The notes beneath the pieces are model-generated. The model was not told the DNA's origin. It ran no database searches and was given only the letters and a program-made list of their open reading frames with translations. Below are positions 27,000 to 40,227 of a stretch of 64,000 bases of DNA, in pieces. Source of the DNA: Octopus vulgaris (lineage: Eukaryota); assembly GCA_951406725.2 (NCBI GenBank), contig OX597815.1, forward strand, positions 114,390,001 to 114,454,000. Direction: 5' to 3'. The translations under genes were made by a program, and so were the position numbers. Numbering within the stretch: the first letter of the stretch is position 1; every line of letters starts with the position of its first letter.

Positions 27000-27003
<4 letters not shown>
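26748..27003. repeat. 55-bp inverted repeat (3 mismatches) enclosing (TA)n(GA)n(GATA)n
   Basis: cagggaagagatcttagatttgagatgttgaaggagagaagttcaaagatcgagt (26748-26802) versus its reverse complement at 26949-27003. Confidence 0.92.
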
Positions 27004-27073
<70 letters not shown>

Positions 27074-28909
27074 CACGAGATTATTCTCAATATGAAGGCA
27101 AGATATTTTTTATATACTATGTAACATACTATTAAACCTAATTATTAAACTTGTGATTATATTTGATTTTCTAATAATTAACTTCTTAAAATCGTTACTG
27201 TTTACATCCCATTTTACAGTTGGCTCTTCAATTCTGGCAAGAGTAAGATATACACTACGTTGCTCGTCTAAATTTTTCCCACTCTTAAACTTAATACAAG
27301 CGTAAATTAATTAATCAAGTAATTGATTAATCATTACAGTAATCCTTAAATAAACGCCTTAAGAATTCTAGGTCAAATAACATGTCTATGAGTAATTCTA
27401 GTTCACGACTTAAACCCGAAAATAACTTTGACAGATACAACTTGTTTTCTTGTATGGGTGCTATATTTTGTCTACGATGCAATTTGTGTCTCTGTGGTGA
27501 AACGTTTATATAATAGAAATTTTATAGAAGAATATCTTACAACAACCAGTAACGGCCACCCAGAAATTTGTCGATTTGTTTATTTATTCATTTATCAAAT
27601 ATGGCAACCTGTAACTTTCAATTAACATGTGCTATCGCTGTATTTTGTTTTCATTATCAAGTAAATAAGGCTACTGCGAAAGAAACAAACTCAAAATATT
27701 AGCTGTATATGCTTCTATAAGTACATATATTACTGACTTTCCTAACCTAGTTTTTGGAAATTCGCTTCGTCTCAAATAATATATAAATATAAGATATATA
27801 TTTACACGAAATTCTTTATGTTAGGCATGGCAGTCCATTGGGATTTGATGAAATTTTAGAAAAATTTTTTAAAGAACTGTCTTATTTTTCTTTATTTTTT
27901 TTTGTTAATGTATTTAACCGATATAGAATTATCATGTAAACATCTACTCAAATATCTCATACTGATTATAACAACTTGAAATAACAATAACCGTTGTTTC
28001 TTTATTGAAGTCTTTTTCTTTTAATGCAAGCTCTTACAATTTGTCACACATTTTTAGTAGAATTTATGTGTTAGAACTGTACGAAAAAGAAAAAAAAGTG
28101 TTAAGACGTCTAGTAATGGCTTAGTGTGCTAGAAGTCTTTCAAATATAGACAGAGATAAACCGTGTCGAATTTAATCTAGCAACTAAAAGATGTCTCTGC
28201 TTGGTTTTTTTACTAAAAGTTATTATTATTGTTGTGCTGTTGTTGTTGTTTAGTATATATTAACATTAAAATGAGATGCTTGGCGTCTCAGTTCTCGAAC
28301 ATATGAGACAGAGCTTCCTATTTTGAATTTTTATCTACATCATCGCTACTTACAAATTCATTGTTTCAAGATGGTAAATATATGTTGGAGTTAATGACCT
28401 ACTTGGTAGATGAAGATACCAGAAACGGAAACCAAATAAATTACGCCCAAACTGATCTGATCAGTACTATTGTGTCTTTTCGAAAGATAAACAAGATAGA
28501 AAAAAACCGTATGAAGTTACATCGTATCAGAAAATAGAACCTCGTGCATGAAGCAAGCCATATATCAACAGGTTTCAACAAATGGGGGAAGGGAGGAGAC
28601 AGATAGAGAGAGAGAGAAAATTGTCAAAACTTTCAGTTGACACACCCGAAGTATGGAGGTTATGAAATTCGTATTTTCTTATTTCTCTCACTAAAAGATA
28701 TTTTATTAGATTACAACTACTATTTTGGTATGATATTTCTTAGGGAATGTTGAGATGCTGATTCAAGCCTTTTCGCTTTGGTCACACCATCAGCTACTTT
28801 GAGAAGGGTATGAACATCCTAACGTCCAGTTTTCTTCCTCGTAATAAAACACGGCCTTTTTTGCCTTAGCAAAACAAGTTAATGTGTCTTAAGAAATAAA
28901 AAAAATATG

Positions 28910-29710
28910 CTGCTATTTAGCTTCAGATCAGCCCTGATCCAGCAAACCTATGATAAAAAGTGTTCCATCCGTGGACATCCCGGCTTTTTTGTCAGATACA
29001 GTGTATCTAAGACCATTGGATACTGTGTTCTTCCATTTTTTTCTTCGATTAATTTAAGGGAAATTTAGCGACTAATTCTAACAGACGAAACGCACTGAGA
29101 ATCCTCTATTAGCTAAAATGCTGTTTTATTGTTAATTAACCTCAGATCAACTCTGATGAGTACTTATGATTAAAGGAATTCAAGTCGTCACTCTCGATCA
29201 TAAGGTGTCTCGGACTATATTATTCTGGATATATATACCTCCTTCCATTTTAAGAGTAGGGATATTAATTGAAGAATATTTGATTACCACGTAGAATCCC
29301 CTTGGTCGGCCAATGTATGAAAATTGTTTGAGCTGTGTAGGATGCAGGCTCTACTGTAGTATAGAAACAGATAGAGTGGTGTAATCATTGATCTATCTGC
29401 TGTGGAAAAACCATAAATGGTTCTGCGATACATTATGAACTTTATCTGGGTCACTAAAAAGAAAGAGAAGTAAAGTTTATTAGCAAAAAAACAAAAGACT
29501 TAGAATGCTGTTGCTCCTACGTTTTAGTTCCAAGTTTTCTCGGATTGGGCTAGCTTATGATCAAAAACATTCCAGCCATGACCATTTCGTCTGTTTTGGA
29601 ATATGTAGAATTACATTATACAAAGTGTTCTTCAATCATACAAGACAGTAAGATGTAATTTGACTAAAGTTAGGTTTCTATTTCTAGCAAGTTCAACCGT
29701 CTTCGTTCAC
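28910..29710. repeat. Three consecutive diverged copies of repeat family E
   Basis: Motif tatgat(a/t/c)aaa..ttc(c/a)a.cc.tg occurs at about 28950, 29165 and 29555, same orientation. Confidence 0.55.
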
Positions 29711-29893
29711 TCTACTTCTGTGCCTAAAAAAGTTTGAGTGAATCGTTGTGGTCAAATCCGTCCTTTACTCACCTAAATGCATTAACAATATGTGTTGAAA
29801 AAATAGGTTCAGCTGTTGTTGGAATTGAGTTTACACATGTTGGTTCTCAGAAGTATAATACCAGTAATTATCTTTATTTATTAAAAGAATTCC

Positions 29894-29960
<67 letters not shown>

Positions 29961-30856
29961 GTGTAAGGAGTGGTTTGGGAGTTATCCCTATTCCAGCTGC
30001 ATACTTTCACATAAAGTACTGTCATAAACAATTGCCAGACCAATTCTTCTCAATAGCCATGATATCAAGCTAGTTTCCTCAGTTATCCTTGCCCCGATGT
30101 CCACCAAAATTATAATATTATTCTAGTTATCACGGCAATATCCTTAACTAAGGTACGAAACTGAGCACTTAATTGAAATATTTACCTTATTGAAACGATG
30201 CTGTGAAAACCAATCAATAAACAATTCATCAATAAATAAACAAATGAAAAATTAGAACATTCATAAACCAAACATGGAATTTCCATGGGTCCACCAACGG
30301 GACCCACAGATCCACCAACGGCATCATAGATTCCAATAGATCCACCATCTATTTCCTGGAAGAACAATATTCCGCAAACGATTGAAATGGAGATTGCTAT
30401 ATGTACAAAATTCCAAATTCATAGAGTAGAATCGATTAGGTTGACAACATTATAAGATTGGTATATATATATTTTTTTTATTATTGATAACTCAATGCCG
30501 AAGATATTAAAAGCAAAGTCAAATATGGTGGGAGTCGAACGTTGACCGTAACAGATTGAAACTAAGTGCTAAAAATGAGCTTGGCAATATCTCACCTACA
30601 TTCAAACTTGAAGCCTGCTGATGAAATCTCTAAAACCTCATAAAACAAGGACGGTTTAAGCCTAATGGCGCAAACATATTTCGCAACTTCACGGTTATAA
30701 TCTCTCGGTTATACTCTCAGAGCTATACTCTCTCTATTCTGTCTTATGAATTGTAAGAGCTTGCATTAAAAAAAATTTCTATAAACAACTATTGTTAGCT
30801 CATGTTGTTGGATTCAGTATGAATATAACGAATGAATTTTTAATTTTTAATATTAA

Positions 30857-31068
30857 AGTTTGGCAGAATCGTTAACACGCTGAGCAAAATGCTTAGCAGC
30901 ATTTCGTCCGTCTTTACGCTCTGAGTTCAAATTCCACCGACGTTATCTTTGCTATTCATACTTTCGGGGTCGATGAAATAAGTACCAGTTGAGCACTGGG
31001 GTTGATGTAACCGACTTACTCCCTCCCACAAAATTACTGGCTTTGTGCCACAGTTTGAAACCAATATT
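30857..31068 (+). mobile_element. SINE family B monomer (tail 2)
   Basis: tggcagaatcgttaac...ctgagttcaaattcc...cggggtcgatgaaataagtaccag...ttgtgccacagtttgaaacc. Confidence 0.85.
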
Positions 31069-34000
31069 AAAGGTTCCTTGTTTATTTATTTCCATTATAT
31101 CAAGCCGTTTTCTCATTCATTCTTGTTCAATAAAATGAACCACAGTAATATTATTATGTGCCGAGACACTCGACCATATTTCACAACATCACGGTTGAGT
31201 TATACTCTCTCAGCTGACTTCTGTTCTCTTGTCAATGTTTCCATTAACGGTCAGTCTACACTTAGGATGTCTTTCGCAGAGTCAACTTTATTACAGCATT
31301 CGAGCACTGTTCCTGGTTCAAGGACGATGTACGAATCGTTGTGTTTTTTCTTCCTTTCTTTCCCCAATCTTGGAAGCCAATTTATTAAAAAATCATAGAT
31401 GCCTGCTCTTTCCCCTCAAACTAAGCAATAAAAAGAAAGTAGGTGCTCATTACCAACCATAAAAGGCTACTTAAGAAAGCATTATCAGTACATATATTCT
31501 GAGGAGAAGTTACATTTATAGCTATTCCTTTTAACATTTCCACTGTTCATCTGAAAAACTTAGGAAGTGAATCAGAAGAATGGATCACATAGTATAATCT
31601 TTTCTACTACACTTTTTTATTCCAATTATTCAATTCAACAGTCGATTACATTGACCCCCGCAGTTCTCAATGTAATCGACTATACCTCTCCACAAAAATT
31701 TCAGGCTTTGTGCCTACAATAAAAATGGGATAGAAAGTAGAAAGGAGCAATTCTTCTGATTTATTTCCTAAATTTTTGACGTGAATTATGATAGATGACG
31801 TTAACAGACCGAAAAAATACTTTCAGTTAGTTTCAGTTTTATGGTTGAAGGTATTCTAGAGAAGAGACTTCTTTATCACATTGCGTTTTCTTTCTCTGTT
31901 TGATTGTAACGTGCTTTTCTTCTACACATGCATAAGTCACAGAAATAAGTTGAACTGGACTGGTTTTATCCCGGAATAAATAAAAGGTTAGTGTTCTCTT
32001 CTCAGCTAGAATTAGCCACAACTGCAAATTAGCAAATTATTTGCTACTGTCTGATCTAATATCATTGACGTTAATAAAATAACGTATATTCCAATAATTC
32101 GTTTATCAGTAAGTTTCTAGTTGTGATGAAACAGTATATTTAGTAGATGCATAGAAATAAATTCGGTAAGTGAGGAAGAACCCTTGGGTGTCACATTTAA
32201 GTGAGAGAGGGAAAGGAATAAGAAGTAGAGAGAATAAAAGGCGCGAAAAAAGACAGTGGTGAACAATTACTTAATAGTATTCGTTTTGCTTACTTAAAAA
32301 ATAGTCTATTTCAACTTCTTTCCTATTTTCTCCCTCATTAGCCACACATTTATCTATTTATTCGGTTAAATTGGGGACTTTTTTTTAACTATTTGGCGAG
32401 AAGCTGGTGTGAAAGATTGTTATATCTTATAAGATAAAGTGCTTATGACAAGTGAGGCTGAGAATTGGAATTCCGTTTTGTATAATTCGGTATGTGAATG
32501 TGAATGATTGTGGATAGGTACAAGTATGTGAGTGTGCTATTATTACCCTCTTTCTCTCTTTAAACTTGTTTCCTTTCACCCTCTCTCTCATACACAAATA
32601 CACACACACACACACAAGCAAATTAGTTTGTTAATGTACTTGAGTAAAGAAACGGGCTAAAGATTAAGAAAATAGAGTATCATTTTAATTAAGTTGTTTT
32701 AAACACACGTACAGGATTCAAACACACACGCACGCGCGCACACACACACACGCACGCGCGCGCGCGCACACACACACACACACAAACTTCCACGCCTATG
32801 TTTAGACACACATACTCACTCATACCTACGCGTACATACACACAGAATCACACTCGAAATTCCTTTAATTCCGCATTATATTAATATGAATAGTATTTTG
32901 TCATTAGTTTTAATGTTAGTTCAGCTCATTTTTCTAAAATCTACAGATTCACTTCTTATTCCAAGTATTTATGACATTACTGGTAACCTTAAACAAGATC
33001 TAGTGTTCAAAAAAGATAAAGAAATCGATGTCAACTCTAAGACGTATAAGAAGTAGATGAGTTTCATGGAGACGGCTGTTTTGATGATGGCTGTAACATT
33101 AGTGACAAGGGGTGCTTCACAACATCACTAAAACAAAATAAATAGAAATTGGTAAACCAAGCAATATATAAGCGTATATATGCATAGCTCATCGTAAATT
33201 GGTGGCAGGTTGTCACATGCAGTAGATTAACATGTCAATTTTAAATGTTATCTGCAACTCTGCGTTTCACAAGCTGTGAACAATATATTTGAAGCAACAG
33301 AAAGTTATTCCCATTTCTACAGTAGACAAGAACAGTAAGTGTTTTGCGAGCAATCGTTACACATTACACATAAATTTATACGCATCTTATGACAATCCTG
33401 CGAAATCTCATGGATTGCTAGCCAAGATGTCAAGGAAAGCTGACTAATTAGTTTACGGATTGTTAGAGAGTATGATTTTAAAATAAGTGGTGGTGGTTGA
33501 GGTGGGAGGGGGGGATGAGCTCCCATATTTAAAAAAATTTGTTAGATCTTTCGAAACAAAAGAAAATTAGAATGCCAAGTTCAAAAGTAACCATTGTGAT
33601 AAATTGAAAATGATGCAGGTATACGGACTATGATTTTAGATAAGTGGTACGTAATGAATACTTTACAGACAAACACAAATACATACACATATATCTACCT
33701 ATAGATATACGAGCAGACCAACTAACGAAGGCGCTTTTATCAGTTCCAGTTCTTTTTCAGCAGTATCGGCCGCATAGAATTTACTCCTACTTTTGTTGAT
33801 TTCCAATTAAGAGAAACATTAAGTGCACCGATCACACTACTCTCGCAGGTCCTATGAAAGCCGTGAGCACGGGTCCTTTCCCTCGAGAAATTCAATGAAA
33901 AAAATCCTATTTCTAAGCAAGGGCGCATAATACAAAAACATTTGGGTTCATCTAGTTGTGAGAGATTTACATTAAATTGTTGTTGGGAAATTCTCTAGCA

Positions 34001-34261
34001 CCCTCATGTAGAAAATACTATGAACCAAGTTAATTTACGGAAATTGAGGTTAAATGTGGGTTGTGTGGAAATTATTAACTTTTAACATATTTTCTGGATA
34101 CTCAGTCAGAACAGTTAGAACTTGTATCGATGAGTTTTAAGCACATCTAACACATGCGCACGCACGTTTGACTTAATACTGAGAGTCAAGTTTCGCCCTA
34201 CGGCTTATTCAACCAGACTGGCTGGGCAAACCGAGTAACTTGTATTTTACACACAACTTAC

Positions 34262-34361
34262 ATTGTGGGATATTCCCCTCACTGGTCATCGACTGGGGAT
34301 CAGTACGATTACTGCAGCTTCTGATGGTATCGCTCCTGTCAGCGATGTCATAACTATTCAT
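34262..34361 (-). CDS. Candidate short coding exon of an unidentified host gene (MNSYDIADRSDTIRSCSNRTDPQSMTSEGNIPQ, phase 1)
   Basis: ATG at 34361, 33 open codons plus 1 nt, then a perfect GTAAGT donor (acttac 34256-34261) in repeat-free sequence. No homology recognised and no partner exon found. Confidence 0.2.
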
Positions 34362-34516
34362 GCAATTTTAAAATGTCTGGGTTTTATGATCCACAGTGTA
34401 ACTCACTTTTCTCCATTTGTTCTCCATGTAACTATCACAACGAACTTCAAGGTTTCGCTCGGGGGTCAACCATTAAAGGGTAGCACATGTGCGTGTATGT
34501 GTTGTGTATGTGTGTG

Positions 34517-34813
<297 letters not shown>

Positions 34814-34814
34814 A

Positions 34815-35113
34815 ACACTGGCACTCTGTCAGTTACGACGACGAGCGTTCCAGTTGATCTGATCAACGGAACTACCTACCCGTGGTCACACCACAGACGT
34901 TACCATTAATATAGTTCTCAGAGAGATTCAGCGTGACACAGAATGTGACCAGGCTGGCGCTTTAAAATACAGGTAATACTCATTTTTTGAGGTTGAATGA
35001 ACTGGAGCAACGTGAAATAAAGTGTCTTGCACAAAGAAACAACGCGGCGCAGGGAATCGAACTTGCGACGTTACGATCGTGAGCCGAATACCCTAACCAC
35101 TAAGCTACGCGCT
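34815..35113 (-). mobile_element. tRNA-derived SINE, body Y (CORE-like) + tail P
   Basis: Reverse complement reads gcttagtggttagggtattcggctcacgatcg...gttcgattccc, gcaagacactttatttcacgttgctccagt, then tacctgtattttaaagcgccagcctggtcac. Confidence 0.8.
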
Positions 35114-35184
35114 TTGCTGTGAGTGTATGAATGCGCATCCTACGCTAAAAGAATTTTTTATCGTTATTCTTGCTTTAGCTTGCC

Positions 35185-35386
35185 TGCGACGGGGCGCTTA
35201 AAAGTTCCTGGCTTTAAAAGTTAGGAAGCCCAAACTGAGTTCTTTTGCAGGGCATAGAAAAACCGAAGAGCCGCTGCAATAGGTGTATGAATCTGAGAGG
35301 GAAATATGTTGGATAAAATCATAATTGAATGTTCCTCCTGTATTTTCTTTTACCCAAAGCTAGGAACTTTTCAGCACCCCCGGGTA
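35185..35386. mobile_element. Tc1/mariner-type MITE
   Basis: TIRs ggggcgcttaaaagttcctggct / agctaggaacttttcagcacccc; internal match to 10497-10717. Confidence 0.8.
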
Positions 35387-35709
35387 TACTAGCAAAGTTC
35401 CTTCATCCCATGTTTGTCTTCTAAAGTTTTTGTGTAACTATATTATGGTCTTCAACCATAAAAAACACCAATATACTTTTGTTCATTCGTATACACGTAC
35501 TTGGTTTTGACTATATATCTAAGGTTATTATTCTCATATGATTGCGAGTATATCTGTGTACGTGCGCGTGTGTAAGTAAAGACTAAGAGAACATTCAACC
35601 GGAACTACAGGGTAAGTGATAACATTCTAATACCCACCTAGCAGTCTTGCTAATGTTTTTACCAACCCTCTCTCCATAATCATGTTTTCATACAAGAAAC
35701 ATCTTCCCG

Positions 35710-35801
<92 letters not shown>

Positions 35802-35942
35802 TTTCTCTAGCCCACTGCGTAAAGTTATATATATATACATACCCTTACATATATATACACACAGACACAGCCACATAAAACATAAATATACACACAAAAA
35901 GCACAAAACATTTGTAATCGCATATTTACACACATACATGTG

Positions 35943-35982
<40 letters not shown>

Positions 35983-36221
35983 CATACTTATATACAAATA
36001 CACGCACACCTATTGATATTCATTCACACACACGTGTGTGTGTGTGTGTACCTGTGCGTGCGTTTGTGTGTGATAGAGATATAGAACCAACCGTACTTAG
36101 CTTTCTTATCTTATATCTTATCAGACCTGAATTTATTGGAGTATATAAATATATTCACTTATAGAACATGTGTACTCTCTCTTTCCTACACACACACACA
36201 CACACGTGGTTGTGTGTATAT

Positions 36222-36303
<82 letters not shown>

Positions 36304-37554
36304 CATACACGTATATATATATATTTGTGTATGCGTGTGTGTGCGCGCGCGTACACATGTGCTCCACTATAGACATCTCACCTCATCTAAAAACGAAGTG
36401 TTTTTCACTGAATATGATCAATAAATAATTAAAAATTAATTAAAGCTATGACAGCACTGTCTGTGGGAAGGAAATAAAACGGAATGGATGGGGGAATCTC
36501 AAATGTATGTACGCGTGTATAAACGTATTAGTCAAGTAAATACACGTTACACAATAAACATAAGCATTGCGCACGCGTAATGACACATTTTCCTCTGTGT
36601 GTGTGTATCTTGTCTTGAATGTGCGTGCGTCGTTTCTTCGTTCGCTTGTGTGTGTTTGTGTGGGCGCATGTGTGAATGTGCGTGCGTATAGTTGTTTGCG
36701 AGTGTTTGTGTTTCGGTAAGAAAATAGCTTCATTAGCATATTTCTTTTTCCTATTTGTTTGTTACGGAAACTGTTCCATATAAACAAAAAGTGTAAAATG
36801 CTTCCCTCACTCTAGAGGTTCTAATTCAAGTTAAACGATTGTATTGGGGGAAATTAAGAGTCAAAAGGAACGTAGCGTAAATAAATCCAAAGATCAAACC
36901 ATCGGTCACACGACAGTTCAAGTAATGATTTTCAACTCGCTCATAACTTTCACTACATTGTATCGCAACCCACTTAAGACAAGTATGCAAATGAGCGAAT
37001 TCCTTAAAACGTTTCACAACGAATTTCTGTGTTTATTCCTAGATTCTGTGCTTTGAGTCCAAATCTTACAGCGGTCAACTTTATAATTTATTTTCGCATG
37101 ATCGATAAATAAAGTATTGGTCTCTTTTTGGATTCTTGTCTCTTTTGAAACGCCGATGTTATAGGTGACTGTAATTTGACAGAACTACGGCCTTATTGTA
37201 AAACTAACCAAGAAACTTATAGTCAGTCGGCTAAACCTGTAAGGTGGTAAGCTGAAGCGATTATCCTTTTAAAGAAAGGAGTCTATTAAATTGACCAAGT
37301 ACTTCAATGGCATATATTTCAATGACATTCGAATGATGAAAGAGATGAGCGAACTTGAGGGAATTCGAAGTCAGATCGTTGAAATGGTTAAGTATCGCAG
37401 TCTCCTATCAGTCAACTATCCACTTCTCTGATGATAAGAATGATATTTTTTAACAAGTAGAAAACGGCTCGGTTTAAAGGAGGTGACAAGCGATGCAAAT
37501 ATTTACCTCGTACTTATTCTGAGGTTCCTCCAAAGTTTCCCTGGAGTTACGTTA

Positions 37555-37900
37555 CTCGACAGGGTGCGTAGCTCGGAGATCAAGGAGTCTCTCGGTTGAG
37601 CCGCTGTTTCTCTGCATTGAGAGTTCCCAACTCCGATACTACGGACCTGTGATTAAGATGCCGCAGGATAGAATCACAAGACGGATTCTTGAAACCGAGC
37701 CAACCGGCAGGAGATCTAGGAGTAGGCCAAAAGCGAGATGATCGGATAACAACCATAATCTGAGTTAGTCGCGCTTGAGAATCAGCTGGAAAGTATAATG
37801 ATAGTTGCTTATGATAGGACGATATGGAGGAGGTGCCTGAGGACTCTACCTCAAATCCCCTCCCAGGATAGCGAGCGGAGCAGATGTATCGATGGATGGA
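37555..37900 (+). mobile_element. RTE-clade (Rex3/Expander-like) LINE 3' end
   Basis: QLRYYGPVIKMPQDRITRRILETEPTGRRSRSRPKAR; ends in gatggatgg repeats as in Rex3/Expander tails. Confidence 0.7.
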
Positions 37901-38254
37901 ATTATTCTATCAACACTGGAAGGATTATGGGTAAAGTTGATCCGTACGGAATTTAAACTGAGAACGTGAACGGGTGTCACTAATACTGCAAAATATTTGT
38001 CGAACCTTATAATTCCAAAATTAGGCACAAGAGGCAGCAGTTTTGTATGGAGAATGCTAGTCGATTACACTGACCCCAGTGATGAACTGCTATTTATTTT
38101 ATCGGTACCAAAAGGCAAAGTTGGCCTCAGTAGAATTTGAACTCAGAACGTAACAGAACGCAAAGAGTCGGAAGAGATGTCGCTGAGCAATTTTTTCCGA
38201 CGCTCAAATGATTCCACTAGCTCGCCGCCTTCATAACTATAGTAGGGTAGGATA

Positions 38255-38495
38255 AAGATCCTTCCCGAGTCATATAAACTCATATGGCCGATTTCCCGGT
38301 TTCCAAGGCGTATATATTCGCCACCTGGATGGAACGCCAGTCTGTTGCAGGATTACTTATTTTTGCCAGCTGAAGGGATTGGGGTAAGGTGAAATTAAGC
38401 ATTTTGCTTAAGAGCACGATGCGTCACTCGGTCCATGAATCGAAACCACAATCCTACGATTATGAGACCAACGGCCTAACCACTAGGCCAAGCAC
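38255..38495 (-). mobile_element. tRNA-derived SINE, body Y (CORE-like) + tail Q
   Basis: Reverse complement reads ggcctagtggttagg...ggtttcgattc...gcaaaatgcttaatttcacc...ctggcaaaaataagt...ccatccaggtggcgaatatatacgccttggaaaccgggaaatcggcc. Confidence 0.75.
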
Positions 38496-38518
38496 CTCTA
38501 GAATAACTATAATAGTAA

Positions 38519-39200
38519 TAATCCTTTCTACTATAGGCCTGAAATTTTGGAGGAGGAGACTCATCGATTACATCGACTCCAGTGCGTAACTGGTACTTAT
38601 TTAATCGACCCCGAAAGGATGAAAGGCAAAGTCGACCTCGGCGGAATTTGAACTCAGAACGTAGCGGCAGATGAAATACCTATTTCTTTACTACCCACAA
38701 GGGGCTAAACACAGAGAGGACAAACAAGGACAGACACACAGATTAAGTCGATTACATCGATCCCAATGCGTAACTGGTACTTATTTAATCGACCCCGAAA
38801 GGATGAAAGCCAAAGTCGACCTCGACGGAATTTGAACTCAGAACGTAACAACTGACGAAATACCTATTTCTTTACTACCCACAAGGTGCTAAACACAGAG
38901 GGGACAAACAAGGAAAGACAAACGGATTAAGTCGATTACATCAACCCCAGTACGTAACTGGTACTTAACATAACAGCAGACGAAATACTTATTTCTTTAT
39001 TATCCGCAAGGGGCTAAACACAGAGGGAACAAACAAGGACAGACATAGATATTAAGTCGATTACATCGACCCCAGTTCGTAACTGGTACTTAATTTATCG
39101 ACCCCGAAAGGATGAAAGGCAAAGTCGACCTCGGCGGAATTTGAACTCACAACGTAACGCAGACGAAATACCGCTAAGCATTTCGCCCAGTTCATCGCCT
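38519..39200 (-). mobile_element. SINE family B tetramer (184-bp period, one unit with ~59-bp deletion)
   Basis: tcgattacatc recurs at 38564, 38748, 38932 and 39057; linker tatttctttactacccacaaggggctaaacacagag occurs three times. Confidence 0.92.
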
Positions 39201-39229
39201 TATAATAATAATAAGAAGAAGAAGAAGAA

Positions 39230-40161
39230 GAATGATTTCAAATTGTTGCCACAAGGGCAGCTTGGGGGAGGGGATTAAGTCGATTACATCAACCCCAGTG
39301 TTTCACTGCTACTTAATTTATCGACCCCGAAAAGATAATAATAACAATGATAGCTTTTTTTTTTACATTGGTACAAGGCTGTAAATCTATTGATTGAATT
39401 GCGTCCAGTGTATTACATGTACATGCATTATCGATTACACAAGGATGAAAAGCAAACGATTTCTCACATTGGCACTTCGCCATAATTTATCGGAGAGTGA
39501 CAGAGTCGATTGAATTTATTCTCTAGTCGACATATTAATTCCAGAGGAATGAAAGGCAATGCTAACATGTTGACCTTGGCAGAATATGAATTCAGAAAGT
39601 AAAAGGTCATAACTAAACCTAATACCTACATCTGTCCGGATTGACAATGTTTTTGTACACAGTCATTTCCCCTCTCTTCAGGGAGCAGACTTGGCCAACG
39701 TTGAATTTTCAGTGGACAACCAATAGTTTTCCATTTAGCAAATCTTCCCTTTCCACTTCACTGATGCTGTGATTTTTAAACTTTCTATCTTTTACTTGTT
39801 TTCAGTCATTAGACAGTGGCCATGTTGGGGCATCGCCTTGAAGAATGTTAGTCAAACGAATCTCCCAAATAATTTTTTGTGTGTTGCAAAGGCTGGTTGA
39901 TGCTTTTTGGTATCACTGACTTCGTAGGCGAACTCTAATCGCAAATACCCTGAACAAATGCTATAATGCATTTTACCAATAGTAATAACAATTCTGCTAA
40001 TCTGCCGACCTTCACTAATGGTTATCAGATTGCGCTACAAACAACGAATTACTCTACTTTTCAGGACTGCAAGCTACTCTAAAATTTCAAATGTTAGAAA
40101 CGTATTGAATCATCAACTAATTAGATTGGGATGTGCAGAGGGACTGACTCTGCCCATTCAC

Positions 40162-40227
<66 letters not shown>

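Noticed and set aside
38519-39200. CRISPR-like array (also the ~20-bp units at 58568-58660)
   Set aside because: The sequences between repeats are themselves repeated rather than unique spacers, there are no cas genes, and the context is eukaryotic.
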